From positions 1,550,001 through 1,614,000 of the forward strand of contig OZ361256.1 of NCBI GenBank assembly GCA_977018835.1: DNA of 64,000 nt, given 5' to 3'. The translations under genes and the position numbers were made by a program. This DNA comes from Minutocellus sp. GHC0000111 (taxonomy: Eukaryota). This document shows, piece by piece, positions 32,897-41,556 of this stretch (position 1 is its first letter; every line of letters begins with the position of its first letter). Below the pieces are notes generated by a model that saw only the letters and a list, made by a program, of their open reading frames with translations, did no database searches and was not told the DNA's origin.

Positions 32897-34323
32897 ATGG
32901 CCGAACCAGATCGACCGGAACTGGATCACTTGTTGTTCGGAGTGGCAAGAGACCTCATCGTCCGAGGAGACTCTCCTGACCTTCCACGAGGCTGGGACAG
33001 ACTCAGACGTCAGATTCGGCCCGGGCGCAGAAGTTTCTTCACAGCCAGGGCGTCGTCCGAGAGACTGACCACAGACGCACTGGATTGGTGGAAAAGTTTT
33101 GCCGAGGGCCGAATCGACGTTACCGAGTACCTCACCGATCTCGTCGAGCGCGCCACAGGCTACCTCCCATCGAGAGCCACGGGGCACCAGCCATCCCCAG
33201 CAGCAGCCGTTTCACACCTTACTCCAGTAGCGCACGGTCTGGTCGCCGAGTACCTCGAGCAACAAGCCTTCTTGGTGTCACCGGACTGGCCCACGTGCCT
33301 CGTCAACATCTGGCTGATAGCCACGCGCCTTGCCGAGAGCCTGAGATCCGCCGGGCACACGAGACGGCAACTGAGTTGGACCTGAGCAGTGCACTGCACC
33401 GACTACCACGGGCAGACGGAGGCGTCGTGGTTCAACAGCATCGGGGGCGAAGGTGTCCGGAGGCATCGGTAGCAGCAGCGCGGCAACACCATTGCATCTG
33501 GCCCCAGCTCTGCCGGCTCACGCAGTGCATCCTCCACTACCAGGCCGACCGAAAAGAAAGACGGCGCATCGCGGCCAGAGAGGGCAGACCTCTAGAGCCG
33601 ACACCGTGCGCTTGCATAGGTTCACGGGGGAGCGAGCTTCCACCAACGCTGCCGCTCACTTATTTCGAGTGGGAGGTAAGGCCACTCTTCTACCCACGTG
33701 ACGCACACGACCGAACCGAGCGGGCTGGCGTCAGTGTGGCATTGGAGCGAGGAGATCTCATCGGCCCTTTCGCCCTGATCACCCAGTTCCCGCTGGATTC
33801 GCCGTACCCGTTCCAGAGACGGCAGTGCCTACGACCGGACCAACTCACTGAAGCTATTATCAACTGGGACAGTGGATTCGAGAGCCTCACCAGCGCTCGA
33901 CTCCGACACACTCGGCCTGACAGCAATCCTCTTGGACACCGAGTGGAGGTCAACCCGTACGAACACTGGGGAAGGCTGGCAGACCTAACGGCGTCCCCCT
34001 CACACCGCTGGGCAGGCACCTACCATCGAGTCTATCCGAGGTGGCTAGACGATGCGGCCGATCCAAATCGCTGGGAGGGCACCCACTACCGCGTCTGGCC
34101 AAGAGCATCAATTCACCGGCGCCCCGACGATCTCGAGGCACCTGTCCGCCTGCGAGATATCACCGCCGACATTTTGGTGTCAGAGCCACCGCGTCAGGCA
34201 TTCAACATCCTTCTATCCGCCTTTGGAGAGCCCGACATCGCCGACCGCATCCTCACCCTCACGGCCGATCTGAACCACATCCAGCGCCGAGAGGACCGAC
34301 GCCGAAGGCGACAGGCAAGGTGA
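32897..34323 (+). CDS. Extra retrotransposon ORF0, unknown function; frameshift near 33356-33360
   Basis: The ATG 32897 frame (MAEPDRPEL...) and the 33085-34323 frame join at GGGCACACGAG. Ends 16 nt before the gag ATG. Internal repeat HRWAGTYHRVYPR / NRWEGTHYRVWPR. Confidence 0.55.
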
Positions 34324-34339
34324 TCGAGCATTGATCACC

Positions 34340-36391
34340 ATGGCTTCATCTTTCAACACCTGGAAGTCAGTCCTACTGGCACAAGAGATGCCGGCCGGGC
34401 CCGACGCCGCCGTAGCTCGAGATTTCCAGAGATTCCTCGCCGACAACGTCTGTGAAACCGACCCCACGGCCGCTGTGGTCCAGAGCCATGCCCGAGCGAT
34501 CCAGCAGCAAATCCGCGACGCCGAGGGTTTGTTCATGCTGGCCCACCATCCAGAAGGGAAAGTCGTGGTGATTCACCATGCCGTGGCTCAGGGAGGCACC
34601 ACCATGCAGCCCGACCTCAGGTTGGGTGGGCTCCTCGGGATCGACGATGTAGCCCCGGCAATGTCGTTGGCCCAACCTAGCCTCTTGCGGCACAAGGAGG
34701 TCCTAGCCCCATCGGTGGAAGCCATGCTGGGGGCACCGTCAGAAGCCGCCCTAACCGGTCTCACCCAGGAAGGCTCCAACACCCGCCACCGGAGTGCCTC
34801 CACGAAGTTTAAGTCCCTTGTGCTGCTGCCACCTTCGATTCTGCAGAATGTTCTGGAAGAGCACGAGGCATCGCCTTGGGCCATCCTGTCCGCCATCAAA
34901 CGTCGGCTGGATGAGGACGCCGGCAGCGACGACGCATCAGACAGCGGTGACGACGAGGGTCATGGCGCAGCAGGTCTTCGCTCCAATGAGGCTATTCAAC
35001 ACGTCGTCAAGTGGCTGTGGTTCGTCGCCACGTCCGAGCAAGGTGACATCCCGGCCGTCAGCTTGTACCCAATGACGGACCCGGCTCTCAAGACATGCGC
35101 CCGTGAGATGCACGCTCGGTGCATCACTGGCGCCAGTGGCGACGGACCACCAGCCGGTGGCGCCCCGACCGACTCTGCAGTTGCTGCCGCGGCCAACGCC
35201 ATGACTAGGGCCGCGTCCGAAGCATCCTCCCTCACCGGCGCAGTCATGGCCTACACTGACAAGGTCGACAAGAAGCACTCGATGAATGGCGCCATCCTCA
35301 AGGCCTGTGCCGCTTTCTGCCGGGTCTCGACCGAGCATGACGATGATGTAGCAGCGATCGACTCGAATCTTCCCGAAGGATTGAAAGCACTGCTGGAAGA
35401 GTCAAACCTCACGCAAGCAGCCGTCGGCCTCGAGCTGCATGTAAAGGGCAAGACCGGAGTCAGGACATCTCTCCAGGGCCTCACCACTTACGTCCGCCTC
35501 TTTGGCTTCGGGAAGAGCGACAAGAAAATCTACGATGGCTTCTCTGTCTTCGCCATTAGCCCGGCAAACTCCAGCAGCAGCAATGCGCCCCTGCACCTCG
35601 CCGCCTCTCAAAAGAAAGGATATACCTCGACTCAGGTGAAGGCTCTTCTGAAGCAGAACTACCGGTCCCCAACCGAGTGCGACGGTGCCAAACGTCACAT
35701 CTCGGCCTTCGGCGCTGGCATTTCCTTCCTTGCCGGAGAGGATTCCGAGCCCGCTCGCTGCGTCGCCAGGGTCCTCAGTCACATAAAGACACACGAGGAC
35801 CAGCACCGCGACATCGCCGAGAGCCATGGCGAGAAGTTCTGGCTGGCGATGTTCCACAATGTCGACGCCTCCATCCATGCATTCTGGAAAGCTTGTCTCC
35901 GTTCCCCCGACGACGCCGGCAACGACCTCTCTTGCTTCTCAATGGCCGACGAGTCCAAAATGACAATGAAGACTCAGAATCCTTTCGTCTACCCCAGCCA
36001 CATCAAGCTCGTCCAATCGGCCGACGCTCCCACCCCTTCCTCGGATTCCGACTCCGACAAATCAGAGCCAAGAACCAGTCCGAAAAAGAAGCAAAAGACG
36101 GGCGGCGCCAGCGGCAGAGCCCACCAGTGCGAACACTTCGTCACGTTCGATGTCAACCCCGGCAACTTTGCAAAACGGCATGGCAAGAAATCCGAGCCCT
36201 GTGAGGACAGACCTGAAATTAATGGCTGTAAATTCTGCCCTCCATTCATCCTGACAGGTGTCTGCGGCGCCGGATCCTCGTGCAAGCTCAAGAAGTCGCA
36301 TGTCAAGAGGCCTCTCAAGGCATCGGAGAGAGGACCCGTCGAGCAGCACGTCGAGAAATGCGATCGGAAGTACGAGGAGGCGGAGGAATGA
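34340..36391 (+). CDS. gag: Gag-like ORF with C-terminal CCCH-like zinc finger
   Basis: 683-aa ORF upstream of RT. C-terminal CPPFILTGVCGAGSSCKLKKSH. Ends in TGA-CGG. Confidence 0.75.
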   Translation: MASSFNTWKSVLLAQEMPAGPDAAVARDFQRFLADNVCETDPTAAVVQSHARAIQQQIRDAEGLFMLAHHPEGKVVVIHHAVAQGGTTMQPDLRLGGLLGIDDVAPAMSLAQPSLLRHKEVLAPSVEAMLGAPSEAALTGLTQEGSNTRHRSASTKFKSLVLLPPSILQNVLEEHEASPWAILSAIKRRLDEDAGSDDASDSGDDEGHGAAGLRSNEAIQHVVKWLWFVATSEQGDIPAVSLYPMTDPALKTCAREMHARCITGASGDGPPAGGAPTDSAVAAAANAMTRAASEASSLTGAVMAYTDKVDKKHSMNGAILKACAAFCRVSTEHDDDVAAIDSNLPEGLKALLEESNLTQAAVGLELHVKGKTGVRTSLQGLTTYVRLFGFGKSDKKIYDGFSVFAISPANSSSSNAPLHLAASQKKGYTSTQVKALLKQNYRSPTECDGAKRHISAFGAGISFLAGEDSEPARCVARVLSHIKTHEDQHRDIAESHGEKFWLAMFHNVDASIHAFWKACLRSPDDAGNDLSCFSMADESKMTMKTQNPFVYPSHIKLVQSADAPTPSSDSDSDKSEPRTSPKKKQKTGGASGRAHQCEHFVTFDVNPGNFAKRHGKKSEPCEDRPEINGCKFCPPFILTGVCGAGSSCKLKKSHVKRPLKASERGPVEQHVEKCDRKYEEAEE

Positions 36392-36424
36392 CGGATCGGG
36401 TGGGCACGGAGGCGTGGCCCACCC
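36389..36424 (+). promoter_or_regulatory. Putative stop-codon readthrough signal (UGA-CGG plus 3' stem-loop)
   Basis: TGA 36389-91, then CGG, then GGGTGGGC (36398-36405) pairing with GCCCACCC (36417-36424). The frame stays open for 167 codons after the stop. Confidence 0.6.
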
Positions 36425-36995
36425 TCGGAGGATGCTGGAGAAACATCTCGGCCAGCCGGCCGAGCTCGTCCCTCCAAGCACCGTCGAGTGCAGCCAGATG
36501 CGTCGGCGTCGATCCGCCCCGGTGGCTCCAGCCGCCCAAGGTTATCCGGCACCCCAAAATCCGGCGTGTGCGGTCGCAACGACATCAGCAACCAATCCAG
36601 GCTCTCCGGTGCCCCTAACACCGGAGCAGAAGGCCGAGGCGTTAGCAGTGACCTTCGGTCGGGTCCTGGTCCCCCTAACACCAGCGGTGATGCCTGCGCC
36701 GACAACAGCATCTCAGGCTCTGGCTCCAGCACCACTGACGCTGGCGGTGCGGAAGCCACCGACAACCTCTTCGACCGGCTAGGCCAGCGAGAGAAGGATC
36801 TCCTAGGTAAGCAGGCCCAACCCGAAGCACAGTCTCCCCCTGGTTCCCCTACGCACAGCAAGGAAGTAGAACCGACACGCCAAAGTGGTAAGTGAGACCA
36901 ACAGGTGAGGAAACACCTACAACAAACGGGGCAGCCCAGCGCCCACAATGGGCCCACCACGGTCGGACAGACCCGCATGCTCGTGAACGTGCAGC

Positions 36996-39578
36996 ATGCA
37001 CATATCTCACCTTTTTCTCGCCTCATGCAATTCCACGTGGGAACTAGAGCCCATCTTCGATGTTTCCACCTTGGTGCAGTGCGTCCGACGAGCAGTCGAG
37101 TCCCCGTCGGCCACACCGAAGCCCACGGAGTTCAGATTTGAGCTCTTGACGGAGGCCGCCGCTCACAATTGGTCGGTCCTCAAGAAACACGATCGCTCTC
37201 TGAGCAGGGCACTCGAGGCGCAGGGCGGGTCGCCACTCCAACCGGGATCGGAGTTCAGAGACCTGAGTCTTCTGGAGCCGATTCTTGGCCGGCACCCGCT
37301 GTGGCCCCGCTTCCGCTCCATTCTCGACAGTGGATCCGACTGGGCCCTCGATCCGGTGAGCGACGAAAGCAGACTGGACAGCGTGATAAAGAACATCGGC
37401 CGAGGCAACCACAAATCGGCCAGGGATAGGCCGGAGGTACTCAAGGACCAAGTTCTCGACGACGTGACCCGCGGTTTCGCCCTCCCTCTGCCAGCAAAGG
37501 TCGCGCCCCTCATTCCTGGAGCGGAGGTGGCTCCGATGGGTTTGGTAGCACAGAACACGATCAGCGAGGCTGGCGAGATCATGCCCAAGGACCGCCTGAC
37601 TCACGACCAATCCTTCGAGATCGGCACCGCACGGTCCGTCAACAACAGAGTGCGCATGGAGGACCACCAGCCAGTGGTGTTCGGCCATGCCCTCCGGCGA
37701 GTGATCCACCACATCGCAGACGCCCGTCACAAGCATCCCCGCACTCCCATCCTCCTGCAGAAGGTCGATTTCAAGGCTGCGTGTCGCCGGGCCCACTTGG
37801 CTCCCAGCACGGCCGTCAAAACGATCACCACCCTGGATGGCATTGCCCTCATGTCCCTCCGGCTGACTTTCGGCGGCCGCCCTTGCCCGGGCGAATGGTG
37901 CAACATGTCCGAATCGGCGGCCGACCTGGCCAGGGCCCTCCTGCAATGCTCGGACTGGGACCCGTCAGAGCTCCACAGCCCCCAGCAGAAGCACTTGGGC
38001 CGCCCCAAGGTGGAGGGCGACGATGTGCCGTTCGCGCCGGCCCTGGACATGATCGTGACCCTTCCCGACAACAAGGATGGCATCGTCGAGCCGTACATCG
38101 ATGACCTCATCGCCGCAGCCCCTGACCTGGGCGACAACAAGGATCGGATGTCCGCTGCCACCCTCCTCGCCATCCACGCGCTTGGCCGACCGGTGTCCAA
38201 TAGCGAGCCACTGCCCAGAGATGACCTTGCCTCCATCAAGAAGCTGCTCGCCGAGGGGACGCCTTCCGAAGTGCTGTGTCTCTTGGGGTGGGATGCTGAT
38301 GCCCGGCGGCTCCTGCTGAGGCTCCCTTGGAGCAAGCACCTGGCCTGGCGCGATGACATACTTCGGCTCCTCAGAGCCCGCGGCGCCACCAGATCAGAGC
38401 TGGACACCTTGGTCGGAAGGCTAAACCACGTCGGATGCATCATTGTTCCAGCCGCACGACACTTCTTCAGCCGCCTTCGGGATCGGCTCTGGAAGGCCCG
38501 CCGCCACGGCCGCCAACGGTTCGACTCTGAGGATGCAGAAGACCTCAACCTATGGCTCCGCTTCCTCCGAAGGGCCGCCGATGGCATGAGCATGAACCTC
38601 CTCACGCACCGTTGCCCCACCCACGAGCACATAAGTGACGCCTGCGAGCACGGCATCGGCGGATGGTCCTCATCCGGCAGAGCGTGGAGATTTGCCCTCC
38701 CCGAGGAGCCATGGGACCGGTTCACCCTCAATTTCCTGGAATTCCTCGCCGCCCCATGGATCGACCACATCGAGGGCAACCTACCAACCCTCTCCTGCGC
38801 ACTGTCGGGGACCGACAGCACCACGGCCGAGGGATGGCTCAGGAAGTCAAACTTCGTGTCTCACGGCGAGAAGGATGCCGACGTAGCGGTCAAGCTGGCC
38901 ACGGCGCGGAAACTAGCCGACATGCTCATCGAGACCAACACCATGCTGTGCTCACAGTGGTTCCAGGGGAAGCGCAATCCGGAGGCCGATTCTCTTTCTC
39001 GTGATGCCGATCTCTCTGATGCTGACCTCATGAAATTGCTTCTATCATCTCCCGAATGTCAGCTTCCCTCAAATTTCAGGATTGCACCACTGCCCAACGA
39101 GATTACTTCCTGGATTGTCTCGCAGGCGCGGACGCTGCCCGTCAGGAAGCAGTTACAACGGCCACTGCCGAGAAGCACGCTCTCGCGTGGAGCCGCTGGA
39201 CTGAGTTCCTGCAGCTCATCGGGACCGGGGACGACGTCTTCCTCGACAAGGTATCACCCCGAGACCGAACAGTCATTCTCGGCGCCTTTGCCCACGCCGT
39301 CCGACAGGCCAGCTTTTCGGGGCCAAAGTTTTCGCGACTGGCTGCGTCGACAGTCCGAGATGCCGTCTCATGTGCATGCGCGTCCTTCCGGCACAACCAG
39401 CGCAGGGACCCAGGGAAAGACGACATCGGCCAGCCTTCATTCCTTCTACAGCGGCAGTTCCGAGGACACAGCCAGTCCGACCCGGCCGAGCGGCCGGAGA
39501 AGGCGATCACCTGCCGGCTCCTCCGAGAGATCGCCTCCGTCAGGGAAACGGAAGAGGACCGTGCAGTCGGGCAACTAG
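36996..39578 (+). CDS. pol: Reverse transcriptase + RNase H (pol) of the YR retrotransposon
   Basis: RT motifs KDRLTHDQS, KVDFKAA.RR, LRLTFGG..CP, YIDD (38094-38105), LLGW. RNase H motifs SDAC..GIGG, NFLEFLA, TDSTTA, GKRNPEADSLSR. Confidence 0.92.
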   Translation: MHISHLFLASCNSTWELEPIFDVSTLVQCVRRAVESPSATPKPTEFRFELLTEAAAHNWSVLKKHDRSLSRALEAQGGSPLQPGSEFRDLSLLEPILGRHPLWPRFRSILDSGSDWALDPVSDESRLDSVIKNIGRGNHKSARDRPEVLKDQVLDDVTRGFALPLPAKVAPLIPGAEVAPMGLVAQNTISEAGEIMPKDRLTHDQSFEIGTARSVNNRVRMEDHQPVVFGHALRRVIHHIADARHKHPRTPILLQKVDFKAACRRAHLAPSTAVKTITTLDGIALMSLRLTFGGRPCPGEWCNMSESAADLARALLQCSDWDPSELHSPQQKHLGRPKVEGDDVPFAPALDMIVTLPDNKDGIVEPYIDDLIAAAPDLGDNKDRMSAATLLAIHALGRPVSNSEPLPRDDLASIKKLLAEGTPSEVLCLLGWDADARRLLLRLPWSKHLAWRDDILRLLRARGATRSELDTLVGRLNHVGCIIVPAARHFFSRLRDRLWKARRHGRQRFDSEDAEDLNLWLRFLRRAADGMSMNLLTHRCPTHEHISDACEHGIGGWSSSGRAWRFALPEEPWDRFTLNFLEFLAAPWIDHIEGNLPTLSCALSGTDSTTAEGWLRKSNFVSHGEKDADVAVKLATARKLADMLIETNTMLCSQWFQGKRNPEADSLSRDADLSDADLMKLLLSSPECQLPSNFRIAPLPNEITSWIVSQARTLPVRKQLQRPLPRSTLSRGAAGLSSCSSSGPGTTSSSTRYHPETEQSFSAPLPTPSDRPAFRGQSFRDWLRRQSEMPSHVHARPSGTTSAGTQGKTTSASLHSFYSGSSEDTASPTRPSGRRRRSPAGSSERSPPSGKRKRTVQSGN

Positions 39579-40432
39579 CCGTCGGCGCCTTCTTCTTCGC
39601 GATGAGGTCTTGCGAACACTCCAGAGTCAGCGGTGAGCGCAGGACCAAGCTGCTCCGCCTCCGCAATATCCAGTTCTACCGCGGCCGACGGCGCATGTGT
39701 CACAACGACCGGTCCCTCCTCTCAGCAGACTCTGTCTCCGTCACCTTTGAGTTCCAGAAGCACGACGAGCGTGACGTCACGATTGCGCAACACTGCACCC
39801 ACGACGCCACCCTCTGCCCAGTTCGAGCTTGGGCTGCCCTGGTGAAACGAGTCCTAGGGTGCCCTAGTACCAACAGCGATGCGCCGGTAAATGCCTTCGT
39901 GGTCAACGGCGTATTAAAATACATTCCTGCCACCCGAATAGTTGACAAGATCCGAGCGTCGGCCACAGTGATTGGAGAGGACGTCCTGGGCTGCCATCCC
40001 TCTGAATTCGGATCACACTCCATTCGCAGCGGAGCAGCAATGGCAATGTGTCTAAATGATGTTCCCACGCACACAATCATGCTGGTAGGGCGGTGGTCCA
40101 GTGACGCCTTCCTCAAGTACATCCGTCGCCAGGTCCAAGAATTTACATCCGGAGTCTCCACACGCATGATCCAACGAGGTTCCTTCTTCAACGTGCCCCA
40201 CGCACACACTCGACGAGCCATCGCGAAGACCCAAGGACCCCAAATTGCCGCCAATCCTTCGCCGGCATCAACAGTATTGGCCGAAATGCCGGCTTCGGGA
40301 CTCCAATGCCCCCCTTCGCCCTGTTCATTTAAGCACGACACACATTGTTGGCCGATCTGTGCTGCGGAAAGGAGGAGGGGGAGAGGGACCTCACCCCCTC
40401 TAAGAAGTTTCAGCTCCAGTTCACGTAGTTAA
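39056..40432 (+). CDS. Tyrosine recombinase (phage-integrase family) overlapping the pol 3' end
   Basis: FFFAMRSCE (R), FQK, LCPVRAW, HSIRSGAA (H-x-x-R at 40016), GRWSSDAFLKY (catalytic Y at 40118-40120). The true C-terminus possibly shifts frame near 40205 and ends at TAA 40332. Confidence 0.92.
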   Translation: MSASLKFQDCTTAQRDYFLDCLAGADAARQEAVTTATAEKHALAWSRWTEFLQLIGTGDDVFLDKVSPRDRTVILGAFAHAVRQASFSGPKFSRLAASTVRDAVSCACASFRHNQRRDPGKDDIGQPSFLLQRQFRGHSQSDPAERPEKAITCRLLREIASVRETEEDRAVGQLAVGAFFFAMRSCEHSRVSGERRTKLLRLRNIQFYRGRRRMCHNDRSLLSADSVSVTFEFQKHDERDVTIAQHCTHDATLCPVRAWAALVKRVLGCPSTNSDAPVNAFVVNGVLKYIPATRIVDKIRASATVIGEDVLGCHPSEFGSHSIRSGAAMAMCLNDVPTHTIMLVGRWSSDAFLKYIRRQVQEFTSGVSTRMIQRGSFFNVPHAHTRRAIAKTQGPQIAANPSPASTVLAEMPASGLQCPPSPCSFKHDTHCWPICAAERRRGRGTSPPLRSFSSSSRS

Positions 40433-40510
40433 ACTGCATTTCATGTTCTACTAAGTTGCATAGAGTTGGGAGAATCAGCGGAGGGAGGCACTGTGTTCGA
40501 TGTGTCATCG
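40411..40510 (+). repeat. Repeat B1
   Basis: 100 bp; 3 mismatches to B2; directly abuts A2. Confidence 0.95.
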
Positions 40511-40738
40511 TTGTGGGTGCCGCACGGTGGGGATGAGCTGGCGACGGTGGTTAGCAGCAGGCACTAAAACTGCATTCCTGTAGTGCCCAGTTTTTCTGCT
40601 GACCACCACCTTCGCCTCCTCTCGTCTCAACTGACCAAGCCACAACCATCTGCGATTGCTGCCGTTGCAATTGCTAAGTCAGCTTACAGTACCGGCTCCC
40701 AGAGCCTGTCTCTCTCTCTCAGTAGTTAGTTAGTTTTA
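40511..40738 (+). repeat. Repeat A2
   Basis: Direct repeat of 32500-32727. Confidence 0.95.
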
Positions 40739-40813
40739 AATTCCCTCAAACCCGTCTAAGAAGTTTCATTTACCGCCCCTCACCCTCTAAGAAGTTTCAT
40801 TTACCGCCAATGC

Positions 40814-40913
40814 CAGCTCCAGTTCACGTAGTTAAACTGCATTTCATGTTCTACTAAGTTGCATAGAGTTGGGAGAATCAGCGGAGGGAGGTACTGTGTT
40901 CGATGCATCATCG
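40814..40913 (+). repeat. Repeat B2 (element 3' end)
   Basis: Direct repeat of 40411-40510. Confidence 0.95.
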
Positions 40914-41556
40914 ACCGTTGCCCCCCTGCGGCTTGGTTTTTTTTGCAGTTTGCTAACGAAAAGGAAGCCTGCTGTGAGCGTCAGAAAAACACTCCAGAAA
41001 AAACTCCTATGAACCACGTCGAACATAGGGCAAAAGCGTTCCAGCTGGCACAGTGCAGATGCCATACAACGAAAACTCAGAAAACGACACGTAAGCCGCT
41101 GACGCACAAGAACTGCAGAACGCGCAAGGCGGAAACAGCATTTTCTGACTCGATGTTGTGGTGGTATTTTTGAGTATTTCAGTGGCGGCAGGTCTTTCGC
41201 CCTTCTTTGGTGATCGAGGCGAAATGAATGATGGGGAGCAAAGCAAAAACGGATCCCATGTGCGATGTGTTCCTACTCTAGCTAGTAGCTAGCTAGAATA
41301 AATTTCCTACTCTAGCTAGAGTAAAAATACTCTACCCTCCTTTTGAGTAGATTTATTGCAGCACCTTAACAACTGTATATATCTCCAACGGTAGATCTAC
41401 CGGTACATGTGTATCGGCACCGGCACATGTATATGCAGATCTACCACCTTTTACATGTGTAAATCTACCGCAGTTAGATCTATTGTATTACCGGTAAGAT
41501 CCATCTCTTTCGTTTTACCGACATCTTGATGTACCGGGGGACCTACAATGTAGACT

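Larger units (their letters stand above)
32500..40913 (+). mobile_element. Tyrosine-recombinase retrotransposon (DIRS order, Ngaro-like) with split direct repeats A1-ORFs-B1-A2-B2
   Basis: A1 32500-32727 = A2 40511-40738. B1 40411-40510 = B2 40814-40913. Gag-like, RT/RNase H and overlapping YR ORFs. No DDE integrase, no recognisable methyltransferase domain, no target-site duplication. Confidence 0.93.

Noticed and set aside
35989..38824. Antisense ORFs inside the retrotransposon (35989-37116, 37044-37946, 37727-38824)
   Set aside because: Expected from high GC and TpA loss, which removes TAA/TAG on both strands; no motifs.
39061..39079. Strong acceptor TTTCAG|G at 39079 as the YR splice site
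   Set aside because: It needs a phase-0 donor; the only nearby one (36904) lies after the TGA at 36893, so no open fusion results.
32500..40738. Interpretation as a conventional LTR (Copia/Gypsy) element with A1/A2 as LTRs
   Set aside because: No CA 3' end, PBS, protease, DDE integrase or TSD; the tyrosine recombinase and B repeats indicate the DIRS order.
40389..40913. CRISPR-like array from the repeated TCTAAGAAGTTTCA motif
   Set aside because: Irregular spacing, part of the element termini, eukaryotic context and no cas genes.
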